Origin: Takakia lepidozioides
Taxonomy: Eukaryota; Plantae; Bryophyta
Assembly (NCBI GenBank): GCA_030704615.1
Contig: CM060731.1
Coordinates: 83,824,001 to 83,888,000, forward strand
Direction: 5' to 3'
Length of the DNA stretch: 64,000 bases
Below, in pieces: positions 10,960 to 23,819 of the stretch. The notes beneath the pieces are model-generated. The model saw nothing but the letters and a program-made list of their open reading frames with translations. It did no database searches and was not told the DNA's origin. The translations under genes were made by a program, and so were the position numbers. How positions within the stretch are numbered: position 1 is the first letter of the stretch; each line of letters starts with the position of its first letter.

Positions 10960-13180
10960 GTGGTTGGTGGACCCAGCATTGCCACACAGGGCAGCCCATC
11001 GGGGCATGGTTTGCTGAAACAGGTGAACCCAACTGTTGGCAAGACTCCACCCTCCAAACGGCCTCCCACCCGGTCTCTTGCCAGTTATCCTCCATTCACA
11101 CATTACCCTCATGCTTTTCCCCATCCGACACACTATGACCCTCACTCTCAATACCCCCGACCCCCATCTGGTTATGCAGAGCAGGCCTATGGCCATTCTC
11201 CACCCCCTCATCCTTCTTTCCAGCAGCTGCCTCATAGCTACCCTCAACCTGCAATGCGACCGCCATACCCACCCTATGCCCCTTACCCTGGGCCCTATGT
11301 CACATCTCCCCAGCTCCAGTCACAGCCCCCAGTGGATGAAGTCCCTAGTGATGTCCCCGAGCCCCCGATTGAAATGTCTAAGAAGGACAGAGCCAATGCA
11401 CTGCGGCGTCAGAACCGGAGAGCAAAGGCAGCGGCAACAAAGGTGAAAGTGGAGTGGGAGCAGCTCGGCCTTCCCTCGCAAATCGTTGTTGTCAACAAGT
11501 TTGGGGAGCCAGTAGGCCCTTCTCGCAATTCTTGGCATGCAGCCCTTAAAGGGCAGATGTTTCGATTGTGTGACTTATCATTGGCCATTCAAGAGCAGGA
11601 TGAGGAGGACATTAAGGCAGTCCAGCGCGTGCTGGCGTCCACTTTTTCATACACTCCACGCAGTCTGGACTATGAGCACATACGACACACCATTGGCAAA
11701 GCTTTGAAGACACAACGAAGTGAACTGTATGCAAAGTTCAAGGCAGGGGAGGGCAGACCTTTGTATGTGGATGAAGGGCAATGGACCAGGCTTGTTGCGT
11801 ACTGGTCAACCCCAAATTTCAGCACCGTATCAGCCAAGATGAAGAAGGCAAATTCGTATATACAGAATCCATCAAAAACTGGTCGTGGTGGGAAGGCATT
11901 TGTGGAGGCACGTCTGGTAAGTTATTGATCACACCCCCTGGCACAAACTATTGCTAAGGTACTTCAACAGTATGATATGTGGCATCAATTCTTCAACCAG
12001 ACCAGCAATTTGATTTATTTCTTCAACCCGACTGGTTGATTGATTGGTTTACTGACTGATTGATGGTTGATTGGTTTACTTATCAATTTAATTCTTCAAC
12101 ACGACTGGTTTGTCTTCCCACTCCGAGTTTAAATATCAGCCAATCACCGAGGGTAGCTAGGCCCTTCAGGCCATCCTTAAGGTCCTCGCCTTTGTCACAG
12201 ACCGACAAGTTCAGGGAAGTTTAATGCCTAACCTGATTTTGCTAGGACATTTTATGTGCTTCCAACTTGCCCTTAGCCACTTCAGCCTCCAAATCAGCTT
12301 CATCTACCATGCTCAGTGCTTCCTGCCTAATATTTGTTTCATTGAAAATCTCCTCTGCCCGGTATTGCCAGTACTTGATTTGTTTAACATGATGGTCTTT
12401 CTTCTGCGAAATAGAGTGGATCATCTTAAGGTATTTGGTATTTCAGCTGGCGCTCGCATCTAACCCAAATGTCAGGATACTTTACAACGTCCTTGGAAAG
12501 CTCAAAGAGCTTATGGGACGTCATGTTAGTAAATTGTCGTTCAGTACGTGGCTGCATTTTGACTTTGCTGGCTGATTTGCAGGAAGCCCATTGCGGGCGA
12601 TCAGTCGAGCTGCAAGAAATCTAGGAGTTGTCTGTGAGCAAAACAATGACATCAGAGAGAATGGTGAGTTGTTTGTAAATCTCACCTCAGTTGCAAATGA
12701 GTCTGCATGTGTCAGTGGTATGCACCCATTAGGATGTGTGAGCGGGTCCATTCGATTGCACATGATTCCCTTAAACCTTCACTTCATGACAACCTGCCCT
12801 TACATTTATTTTCTTGCAACATCCTGGTTGTGGTGATAATTTTTTTTCTCATTCAATACTGCTGTTGTTGGCAGGAGGCAAGGTGAGGGCTACTGTAGTA
12901 TCGTGCGCAAAGTCGAGGAGCTAGGAAGAGAAACCACAAGTCAGCGAGAAGACATTATCGATTTGAAGGCTTGTGTCTCGCAGATGATGCTTTACCAAAA
13001 AGCGATAGCCAGCAAGTTTGGCATCTCTATATCAGCGTCTCCGACTGCGATATCTGTAGCAGCCAACGAGTGCATAGACGCAGCTCGCACATCTAGGCAC
13101 CTAGAGGACAACTTCGAAACACCCCCTGCAGTTGCATCAGTGTTGTCTCCCCCCCATGTCTATCATGATCAATTGCAGGT
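10960..13180 (+). CDS. CACTA TnpA-like protein (Ptta/En/Spm family) with Pro-rich N-terminus; intron-containing, possibly decayed
   Basis: RPLYVDEGQWTRLVAYWSTP...SAKMKKANS...SKTGRGG, then a GT donor at ~11918 and a downstream coiled-coil exon at ~12874-13180. Confidence 0.55.
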
Positions 13181-13715
13181 GGGCAATTCCCCCTGCGATG
13201 CACGGGAGATGAGGACGCAGACAAATTACTTGGCATGCTGAAGGATCCCGTACCTTTGTTTGGCGCTATGGATCCCATGTCAAAAGTAGCATGCCTTGAT
13301 TCAGAGGCAGCCGGAGAATCACTGGGCATGAAGGGGGATGACTATGCAATTGATCTTGGTTCCCCTTGGGTTGTCCCTACCGCTCCCCATTATTTGTTGA
13401 AGAAGAAGGACAGAGATCCGATCAGTGCAAAATATTGATTGTTCACAGTACCACCATCCCACTGAAACACAAGATTAGGCCGGCCACGGAAAATCCACTC
13501 CACAACAAGTTGGAAGTTGCAAAGTGTCATGCAAGACCACACTGCCACCTCAAAGTGCGCAAAACACTTGTTCAAAAATCAATGCAGCCAGGCCTCATCA
13601 ACACCATTTTACTGCCACAAGTTCTGCCAACAAGGCCATCTGGAATATACCCTGCAGCACTACCAACATGTACGCACTCACAAAGCAAGCCATTTATATC
13701 TAGAATCATGACAGG

Positions 13716-14096
13716 CACCCATCTAAGCCTATCTTTTTCAAGAACCTGTCAACAGTATGGCGAGAATTTTATGTATGGAATGAGAACAACACTCTTCTTG
13801 TTGATGACACTCCACACAAAGGGAAGAAGAATCCTGCATTCACTAGCATATTCCCAGAGCCTTGGAGAAGTGGGGCTGCCGGGGTGACTTCTGACCAGTT
13901 CCTCAATACAAAGTTGTGGCCTTTCTTGGAGGGGGCAGCAAAGGCAGCCTCAATTACAGAGTATGTGAGGGCCCATCCTCGGTTTGGACAAGCTTCACAT
14001 AGCACCCTCACAACCCAGCACCCGCAGGTAACTCCAGATTTTACGCGTCATGGCATTGTGTTGCCTAGAGGGAAATACTTTATGCAAACACAGTGA
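13716..14096 (+). pseudogene. FCP1/NIF-like HAD phosphatase, C-terminal half
   Basis: In-frame translation reads HPSKPIFFKNLSTVW...NENNTLLVDDTPHKGKKNPAFTSIFP...LWPFLEG...EYVRAHPRFGQ, typical of plant FCP1-homology proteins. The N-terminal DxD motif was not found. Confidence 0.7.
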
Positions 14097-14129
14097 ATTG
14101 TATGTCAACGCAATGTGGAATGCTAGGTG

Positions 14130-14240
14130 TGTAGCTCTGTCTAGTTTAGCTTTTGTCTAGTTTTAGTTTTAGTTTGTGTGTAGCTTTGTCTAGTTTAGCT
14201 TTTGTCTAGTTTTAGTTTAAGTTTATGTGTAGCTTTAGTT
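14130..14240. repeat. Short tandem repeat (TAGCTTTGTCTAGTTTAG / TTTTAG units)
   Basis: Directly visible repeated units. Confidence 0.8.
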
Positions 14241-14549
14241 GTAGGGGAGTAAGCTGCCAGCATAGCAAGCAGTATGGCTATAATCTGCTCATAGCTCGGT
14301 GTATCTCCGCTACCACTCATCATGCAATATGCTTTGTCTGTGCAGGTGCATGCCGGGATTACGTAAGTCTCTGGCCAAAGGGCATTGCAGGTAAGATTAT
14401 TCCACTGCCCCATGAAATCTGCATTGGCTTATCGCCAACCCATTTGCGAGTGGTACTTGTGGAACCCAGTCCAATGTGTGGAGCATATGTTCCTGTGTGT
14501 AGGTACCTAGCCATTCACAATATGCGGCAGTTGAATGGCAGCCACCGCG

Positions 14550-15110
14550 CTACCTGTCAAACTCCCTCCACTCCTGATGGACTCTCTCATCCCAAGCCTT
14601 ATCAGAGAACTCATAAGAGGCGAACAACTCTGAACCGGCGGGAATCGTAGTACATACACATGTCATAACAAAATTTGATATCGATTGTGCTAGCCTAACA
14701 TCCCCGTCTTGTCGCTCATCCCACAGTACATTGGTCATTTTAGGGTTACCAATTGAACTATTGATGAACCCTGCAACATTCCCGAACACATCGAGATCTC
14801 CGTCACATATGACCCTTGTTCCAGGGTCCAATACCCGATTGAAGACATCGAGGTCATTGACACAAAGACCATAAGGTCTCACCCAAGGGGCTACCCGTTG
14901 CATTTGCGTCCAGTGGAACCACATGTAGTATGGGCCAAAGTAGGGAAATAAGTCCACTGTCTGCCCTCTCCCTGGAGGAACCACAATATCCTCCATTGCA
15001 AATAGCCCACGACCCATGGAAGGGTGGGTGGCGGCTTTCACGCAAAAGTGAGTCGACTTTCCACTATACTGTTGTTGCTTAGTTTGCAATCCCGGTTCGG
15101 CATAAGCAAC
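14550..15110 (-). CDS. SET-domain protein or exon (lysine methyltransferase fold)
   Basis: MGRGLFAMEDI...YFGPY...GNVAGFINSS...IPAGSELFASYE gives the GxG, (R)FINHS-like and ELxxxY SET motifs in the correct order. The start is uncertain. Confidence 0.7.
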   Translation of the reverse strand, partial: VAYAEPGLQTKQQQYSGKSTHFCVKAATHPSMGRGLFAMEDIVVPPGRGQTVDLFPYFGPYYMWFHWTQMQRVAPWVRPYGLCVNDLDVFNRVLDPGTRVICDGDLDVFGNVAGFINSSIGNPKMTNVLWDERQDGDVRLAQSISNFVMTCVCTTIPAGSELFASYEFSDKAWDERVHQEWREFDR

Positions 15111-15168
15111 ATTGGCATGTCTGCAATCACTTGCGGACCACATCCTCGCCCGCCATTTGGAGCATAAA

Positions 15169-15976
15169 ATGCCACGTTCTCGAAAAGAGGCAAGACAGGT
15201 TCTAGACACAGTGGGAATGGGCTACAAAATTTTCCATGTATGTCCTTGTGATCGCACCTTGTACTATGGAGAGCATGCGCGTGCTACCACGTGTCCCAAG
15301 TGCAAAAAATCTAGATAGCGAGATGATGTTCAAGGAAAGAAGATCTCACGAAAGGTACATTTCTCTTATATTCTCTTTCCTGCCATTTATATTTATATAT
15401 ATACATGTGTCCACCAACTAATATATCATTTTAGGGTGTAGGGTTTAAGAGGTTGTATCATTCCGATATTATTAGGGTATGCATATAGGTCATATAAATC
15501 TTTCAACTAATGTAGACTTTACAAAATATCTACATACAAACCTTTGCAAATATATACCCCTCTCTTACGTACAATATGTGGATCCAAATGACAGAAAGTA
15601 AATATTGATATATTTGTTGTGTTTGTGGGGGAGGTTAGAAAATGCATTATTTTCCAATTATCCCGCGCTTGAAAGCACAATTTCGGAGTCCATCATTTGC
15701 CCAACTCATGAAGTGGCATGCGGAGCATCGGAGCCCTCCCGAAAAGATGTGCGGCCCTCACGATTCGCTGGCATGGAAACACAATGAGGAACAATGGCCT
15801 TTTTTGAAGGACGATCCAAGACATGTTCGGCTCGGCTTCTTCACGGATGGTGTAATCCCACATTCAGTCCAGTCAAGTACCCATGCAACATGGCCTGTGA
15901 CTTTGGTTAACTACAATATCCCTCTTTATCTTGCTATCAAGAAGGGTCATATCATGTTGGCTGCCATTGTGCCAGG
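15169..15976 (+). pseudogene. CACTA Tnp2 (Transposase_21) fragment, truncated
   Basis: GMGYKIFHVCPCDRTLY...CPKCKKSR and HYFPIIPRLK...DSLAWKH...DPRHVRLGFFTDG...TWPVTLVNYNIP, with an internal stop and an AT-rich intron. Confidence 0.85.
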
Positions 15977-16529
15977 TGAATAACACAACTCTTTTTTATT
16001 GCTTTAGGCTGTACGTGGTAGTACAATGTTGAGTATATATGGAACTAAGAATATCATTTGTTCTGTTTGAATTTGAAATGATCTTAACCCTATTTTAATT
16101 AATTCTGGACTTTTGGCTTAAATCCGGACTAAACTTAATATATATTTGTATTAAATTTAATTGAAATATTAATAATATCATGGTGTAATGTGTGATTGAA
16201 CTTTGTGAGATTTCAAGTGATGTCATACTTGTTTTCAAAATGTGTCATAGAAGAGGTCCATTTGACATTGAAGTGCTCAATATGAAGTAGCAGTATTGAA
16301 CAATTCATTGAACGTCCACTTGGAAGTCGAATAAAGTAATATTCCATTGCAGGTCATCATGATAAACAAATGGGTCGCATCGAACATGGGCCAAATTCGT
16401 AGTGTACCATACTCGATACAACTTGCTAGTAATTTTATTGATTGAATCTTCATATGAAGCACAATGTTCACATACCACGCCATTGGAATGAATCATGTTT
16501 TGGATGTGACAAGGGCAGTAAAATATTAG

Positions 16530-18170
16530 AATAGCATGAAACATTCGGAAGAGGTACTAGGGTAGTACAATAAGGTTTGGGGTGTAACTAGAGAGAAGTG
16601 TAATAAGGTTTGGGTTTACAGTAAGGGTAAGGGTTTAGGGTTTGGATTTAGGGTACAAAAAGACAAACAAATATGATGGACTCACACTCGGTAGAATTAA
16701 GAAATGGTTGAGGAATTTGATATCCCTGTAATCATTCTATCATACCTTATCCAACAAAAGAAAATATTAAAAGAGCATGAAACATTGAGAAGATGTAACA
16801 TGGTAGTACAATAAGGTTTGGAGTGTAACTGGGGTAGTACACTAAAGTTATTGGTTTATGGTAAGATTAATGGTTTAGGGTAAGATTAATCGTTTAGGGG
16901 TGATGGTAAAGATAGGGTTTTCGGTTTGGGTTTAAGAACACTATTGGACAAACAAATATGGAAGACTCATAGTCGCTAGAACTTGGTGTGTGTTAGAAGG
17001 ATATAAATAAATAAATAAAATGGAGAAACAAATATTATGGAAGAGTCATTGGGCCGGAGAAGTATTTAGATTGAGGATTCGTCCTTGGAACCTGGTATTA
17101 AGATACATATGGTTATGGTATGGATACTTCATTCCCATTTGCAAGGGAAGGGTAAGGGTTTAGACGTAACAATGGCGTAGGGTTTTGTTTAGGGTTAATA
17201 ACGAGGGTTTAGGGTTTGGGTTGAAGGCAGAAATGGTGAGCATACATGCCGGAAGACTCGCACTCGCTACAACTTAGTGTTGTTAGTAAGGTAGTACTAA
17301 GCAAAATAAAAATGAAGAACCTAATATTATGGAAGTGTAGTCATTGCATCGGACAAGTATTTAAATGAAAGACTCGTCCTTGGAACCTGGTATTAAGATA
17401 CATAGAAAGCAAAGTTCGATAAAAAAGGTAAGTGCATGTCAATCCAAACCAAAGGCAAAACCTTGAGCAAGGTGAAGGGCGAAGAGATTTGAATAACCAT
17501 AAATAGTTATGGTTATGGTATGGATACTTCATTCCCAGTTGCAGGGGAAGGGTAAGGGTTTAGACGTAACAATGGCGTAGGGTTTTCCTTAGGGTTTTCG
17601 ACGAGGGTTTAGGGCTTGGGTTGAAGGCAGAAGTGGTGAGCATACATGTCGGAAGACTCGCACTCGCTACAACTTAGTGTGTGTTAGTATGGTACAAAAT
17701 GGAAATTTGGTTACATTGAAGAGATTTGGATAACCAAAATGGTTATAATTATGGTATGGATAGTTGATTCTCATTTGCAAAGGGAAGGGAAAGGGTTTTG
17801 GGGTATTGGGTCAAGGGTAAATGTTTAGGGTTTTCTAGTAAGGGTTTAGGGTAAGGGTTTAGGGTTTTTGTTTAAGTTACAAAATAGACAAACACTAAGT
17901 CTTATGGAAAACTCCAGACTTCGCTAGAACTTAGTGTTGTTAGTAGGGTACTAGTAAGCAAAAAAAAAATGAAGAACCTAATATTATGGACAAGTATTTA
18001 AATGAAAGACTTGTCGTTGGAACCTGGACCTAGTATTAAGATGTAACATAGAAAGCAAACTGTAACATGCCTAAATGCATGTCAATCCAAAGCAAAGAAA
18101 AAAGCTAGCGCAAATGTGAAGGGAGAAGACATTTCAATAACCATAATGGTTATGGTTATGGTATGAATAA
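16530..18170. repeat. Degenerate tandem or segmental repeats rich in telomere-like TTTAGGG/AGGGTTT
   Basis: 17110-17290 is nearly identical to 17510-17690, and 16530-16700 resembles 16770-16990. Many GGGTTTAGGG motifs. Confidence 0.8.
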
Positions 18171-18873
18171 ATTTGGAAAGAAAATGGCGTTATATAACGA
18201 CTTTTGGGAAGCGCCTGGATCTCATGGGAGAAAATGGATCTGAAGAAAACATGAGAGAGGATAAAAAGTCAGACCACCAAATAAAAACTATGAGAAATAA
18301 AAATTGCTTAAAATTTGAACAACGGAAAAGGACATGTGAAATTCCTTCTTAAACCAGGGCCAAAGATGAGAAGTATGAAAATGAAATGAAATGAAAATTT
18401 GGTGCAAAAAAGTCGTAGAGCTTAGAGGGAAAATGGAAGAAAACCTCATAGAAAAAACTTGAAGACTGGCAAATTGAAGAATTGTATGTCAACAACGATT
18501 GAGTAAGGCTCCTCCTAATGGGAGACTTCAGTGGGAGAATTGGTTATGCGAAAAGCAAGTCCAATGTTTCAGAGAAGGACTGGAAATGGGGCTATTTTCT
18601 TCCGTTGTTAAAGACCTCTTTGACAGAATTTGAAGACTCCAGTGGTCGTGCCCGCCCATTTTGTTCTTGTGATCCATATGTTATGTAGGCAAAACTCCCC
18701 CACAGAGTCATCTTTGTTGAACAAGACGTACAGCAGGCCAGCATCCAACAAACCAGAAACAAAGGACGAGAACGTCCACTGGACATTCGAGGTTCAGTGC
18801 GACATAAGAAGATAAGAAAAATGATCCCCCAACGCAAACAAGAAGGGCCATATAGAGAAGAAAATTTTATTTC

Positions 18874-20760
18874 TTAAATCGAAGTACTGGAGTTGACCTC
18901 AACAATATGTCCTTGATCTGGAACTCGCTCGCACGACTCGTTTTTTGACTGACGATTAGCCTCCTCCAAATTAGCGCGTGCCTTCACTGCTTCGGCGGCA
19001 GTAATTCTCCTAGTGCTATTCCTTGTCGTATTTTTTCGTGGAGGCATTGTCCACACAACATTGTTCACGTGGATCCATTGAGAAGGATCTGACGAGTTAT
19101 ACTCCCAAAGTTTTGACAGTCCTTGTACCTTTCCAAGTCTGTTGGGTTACCACCTTTTCTCGGTCTCCACCACTTCACCTTCACCTTCTTAAAATTAGGA
19201 TCCTCCCTTTCGCGGATCATGTCAAATATTGCCACCCCCATCCAGACCGGGCACGTACTTGGGTCATAAGGGCGAACGAGCACAAAAAAAACCTTTCTCA
19301 ATATCCTTGAACGGATTCAGGGATATTCTTGGTCGCTCACATCTCGGGCCACAGTAAGGTTCTAGGATTTCATCCTCTTCTTCCACATCTGGCAATATAT
19401 GTGGATGGATTCCATCTCTGTGATGATTCTTGGACCAATTTGTTTTCGGCCAGAATCCCTCAAGAAGCTGAATACGGTCGGGAGCTTCTGGAATTGGCTT
19501 ATCCAGCTCGGCGAGAATGTTTCCCCAGTACTGGTCGTATTGTTCCATTCAACCTTTGTAATGATCGTCAAGCATCATTCATTTCGTCCAAAAATCCCTG
19601 TATTTTTTTATTCCATTCTTAATGAATGACTGTTTTTCGGAGGAGTCGTCCCCGACTTCCCAGATAGGTCTCCTTGGAATGGCGTCTGGGTCTCCTTCAG
19701 GGAGCTTTGGAGTCCCGTCAGGATTGGACTTCCACATCTTCACGCTATTGTTTGTTGGAAGCCAATCCGAATCAGTAGCGGACTTCTTGTACTTCATGAC
19801 GGGCCAGCCCTCCGCATTCTTAAAAAAACGGAAGACGTGCATCTCCGAAATCCCGACCAACGTCTCCTTTCCATCCAGAATATAGCCCTTGACAAAATTC
19901 TTGAAGTCGGGAACCTCCTGAATAATCTGTGGAATGAACTGCAGATCTTGCGAGGTCATAAAAGACCTCATCAAATCCGAAAGAATGTAGGTGCTTCGTT
20001 CCTTCAGCTTCTTCGAAAGGTAGCTGAAGAACCCGTCGATGTCCTCATGGGTGTGTCCGACCATTAGGAACCCTAGCTGGATTTCTTCAAAAACATCTTT
20101 GGTGGTCAGGAGGGATAGAAAAGCAAGCATCCATCTGTTCTTATTGTCCTTCGCAGAGTTGTCCATTTGCAAGTACAGTCTTCTCGGAAGTAGACGAGCA
20201 CCACGTTTGTCTTCCGGCCTGCAGGGTTTAAGAGCATCCAAACATCTCGATTTACCTCTTAAAGTGATTCGAAGAACTCGTTTTGAAGTCGGTAATCGAA
20301 AATGTTCCTGGACTCACGACAGGTTGGCTTCTCCAGCTGGCGCAGGCAACGTGCCAAAGAACCAATTGTAAAGTTTGAATTTTCCTTCCAGAACTCAAGA
20401 GAATACTGACTGTAAGCTCCATCACCATGTCCGTGCGTGACCATTCCCGTTAGTGAAACTGGAAGCTGACCCAAACCAGAAATCATTTTATTTGGAGTCT
20501 GTAGCCTTCCTCCAGCTATGGTACAGTCTTCTGCACAACTCTTGGTGCCTCAAATGTTTATCAAGCGCTCGTTTGTGTGTCATCTGTTCCGCACTTCTCT
20601 TGACAGACTTTCTGATCAGGTCCTTGAACATCTCACACTCCATGCACTTCGCAAATGTACTCCTAGTTTTACGAACCTCCACGTTAGGAAAAATCCGACT
20701 CCGGATGCGGCTAACAGCCGACTGCGAGACTCCTTCCAACCCGAAAAGTCTGTTGGTCTG
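18874..20760 (-). pseudogene. Sola-like / DUF7869-type DDE transposase, frameshifted
   Basis: FAKCMECEMFK...HLRHQ; LYLQMDNSAKDNKNRWMLAFL...FLMVGHTHEDIDGFFS; several consecutive minus-strand frames. The C-terminal part reads VWMG...VKVKWWRP. Confidence 0.75.
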
Positions 20761-22433
20761 TTACAATAAGGTAGGGTCAGGAAAGGAACTTCCACTGGAC
20801 AGTGGAGGTTCATAGGAGTGCACTCTTTGACCGATTTTCGGAAAAGAGTGTCATTTACTGGTAGATCCCTATGTAACAATTATGATGCCAGAAAGATAAC
20901 GGCCGATAACGGTGGTTCAATGGTCTCGCACTCGTGCTTATAAAGCAGTATGTATTTCGCATTCAATGTTGTCCAAGTGGATGATGGCCTGACGCCGATG
21001 ACAAGTGCAGCTATGACACTCGGCCGAGAATGCGGCAAGCGTAAATGAGTGACAGAGGAAATATTCCAAGCCTTAATCCGCCGAATGTAGACATGGTCAG
21101 GAGCAATTATTCCTAGCGGCAAAACGCCGCAAGAGGATCTGACTTGTACATTTCATTTATCGTCACGTGGGGGGTGTGGGAAATATCCCACGGGGTTATA
21201 ATTGATGATCATGTGCAAGGGATCATTAACGTCATATTTTCTCGTTCATTCATCTGTTTTTTCATTTCATCTAGTCATTCGTAAAATGGATGGATAGAAT
21301 GGAAAGGATGAATTGGATGATATTTGCATGGATGTTGGATGGAACACGCGCGACCGTTCGATTTCGAAAGGACGCGATGGTTCAGATCCTTTGCGACGGC
21401 ACCATATAAGGGGTGTGGTCGTTCAGCCCACCCTTTCGCCACTCCATTGTGTACGCGGAAGCGCTGCGGAAGTGGTAAGACCGAGTAGCGCTAGAAAAGA
21501 GAGAGTTTTGAAGAGCGGAGAGCGTGAAGAGCAGAGACTGTGTTGTGCATGGTGCCGTAAGAGCTGAGAGAAGAGAGCGTGCAGTTCAGTGCAGTGGAGG
21601 AAAGGAAGCAGACAGCGGATTCAAGTGCAGACAGGAGACGAGAAGGAAACAGAGCGTAAGGGAGAGCGGAGCGGAGCGGTGGAAGCTTAAGGGTCAAGCA
21701 TTTCACGTCAGCAACAGGGGCACCGAAATGGCTCACGCATCTAGCAGATAATGTTCTCGTTTATGCATGTGGTTTGATGTCATTCTCTCTTGCTCGCTTG
21801 TCATTCTCTTATTCTCTCTTTGTTCTGTTTGTTGATTTGCTTTTCTTTTTCAGCATCGCCCACGTCGCTGTTGGTTTGCTTCTCTTCCTCACTTGCTTTC
21901 GTTCCAGAGGTTATAGAGCACCATTTGATTCTTGCATGTCATGTTTCGTGAATGTGTTGTCTTGTCCGATGTGGAGCATCTCTTTTCAATTCATGTGGTT
22001 TCAAAGCTGTTTCAATTAGTTTGAATTGATTAAAGCTGTTTAGGTGTTTCAATGCATTGCTGCTTCTCTGCTGGTGGTTTGTATGGTGGTTGGTATGGGT
22101 GGTTTGTGGTCCTGGTTTACTGGTGCTGCTGGATTATTAGGGTTATGGATTAGGGTTATGGCGGGTTAGGAGCATGGTTTTTAGCGATTGTTTTTCCGAA
22201 TTTCCGATATTTGATAACGGGTTTTTCTTCGGGGCTAGGCAACTCTAGTAGACTAGTCTCCGTAGACCACTAGACCTCTAATAGACCTCCATAAACTCCG
22301 ACAGGACAAACCACACGAACCTCGCCTGCCCAGTGGAGGTTCCTGCGTGTTACTATGCCAAGGCACAACATAAGGATGTATTGAGATAGACTTATGTAGG
22401 TTCCTCCCCTGCGTTGATTTTTTGTTCTGTCAG

Positions 22434-23013
22434 TATAAAAAGAACGGGCGTAGGAGTGCACACGGTGGCCAAAGATGGTTCTGAGACCGTCGTCGACATC
22501 TGTAAGAGGCCAAGGAGACAGAATCGAGTAAGCATCAACGAAGCAGAAAACCAGGACGAATCACTGGTTGTATCAAAAACAAAAACCTTCAAGAAGAGAT
22601 CTGAGAATCAAATATCAGATGTGGGCTCTGACGTGCGAACCTTCATAAATCCGGGCACTGACAAATCAATGTTCGAGGGAGTTATTTGACGGGAGACAAC
22701 GGAGGAAACAAAGGAAGAGAAAGATGAAAGTGATGACTGTAATCTTCACTCTGATTCATATAATGACATTTCTGTAGGAGATAGTGAACAGTACCCGGGA
22801 TCCGTCCTTCCATCCTCTCCAGGATACAGTCCTCACTCTCCTCAGTATGCAGTCCTTGTAAATTCTCCAGAATATGTCCCCGCTGATTCTCCAGAATATG
22901 TCCCTGCAGATTCTCCTCAGTACGTCCCTGGAGATTCTCCAGAATACATCTCTGGAGATTCTACGACATATACACCTAGAGAGTACTCCCCTGAAACCTT
23001 GAGGATGATTTGA
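22434..23013 (+). pseudogene. Acidic protein or exon ending in SPxYxP tandem repeats (Pol II CTD-like); one in-frame stop
   Basis: The frame of ORF 22414-22689 continues past the TGA at 22687 to SSPGYSPHSPQY...NSPEYVPADSPEYVPADSPQYVPGDSPEYISGDSTTYTPREYSP, encoded by a 24-bp repeat unit. Confidence 0.55.
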
Positions 23014-23287
23014 GAGAGCCTCCTGTAGTTATTGTAGATACAAGAAAATGAAAAGATGAAACTCATCTTACAAAAGAATATCGATTTATTGTAGAAATTA
23101 TATATTCGTTATAGGAACAATTTTGAGACCGCATGATGTATGGAATGTCGAGACGAGCCTTCTCTGCATAAATGTATTATTCTTCTTATAAGTGAAATCG
23201 TTTTCTCCTCCTGAATTGAACTCTTTTATCTGTCAGCTATGAGCGTATGAATTGTTGAACCTCCACTGGACAGTGGAGGTTACTGTC

Positions 23288-23815
23288 ATGGGAATCTTGT
23301 ATGGTTGTCATGATATGTGTCTGAGGACCGAGGTGGTTTGTTCTGTGGACAGCAACATTACCCCGAGGGATTGTATTGTTGGAATGTGCAAACCTATCTG
23401 TGGTTCATTTGTTTATCGAAAATCTCCGAATTTCAAGAATGATCACCTGGCAATTTTTGAGCTGAACCCGGAGATCACAGAATGGGGCATTGTACCCGTT
23501 GGCACACCTCCGGACCATAAGTTCCGGTTCCAATACAAGATTGGTGCAGAGGTTGCCGAGCTCAAATATGCAGATGTGGTCGACGTAGAGCTGGAGATGG
23601 ATGTGGAATTTCCGATGTTGGTAATGTTTATGATGGAAGATGGTAGATTTCCCAGAACGTTTGGCTTCAAACTGGAGGTACGAATTCTAAGGAAGGCCAT
23701 GATGAGAGAGTCCATTCGGGCGGGGTTCACATATTGCGACGATAGTACTCAATTTACAGATGAAGGTTTTTGCATGGCTTGGGGTATTTTTTTGGATGTG
23801 CTTTACTTAAAAGTA
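23288..23815 (+). CDS. Unknown ~175-aa globular protein or domain upstream of the ParB-like exon
   Basis: Long open frame within ORF 23252-23968 with protein-like composition. No family recognised. Confidence 0.35.
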
Positions 23816-23819
23816 AGGA

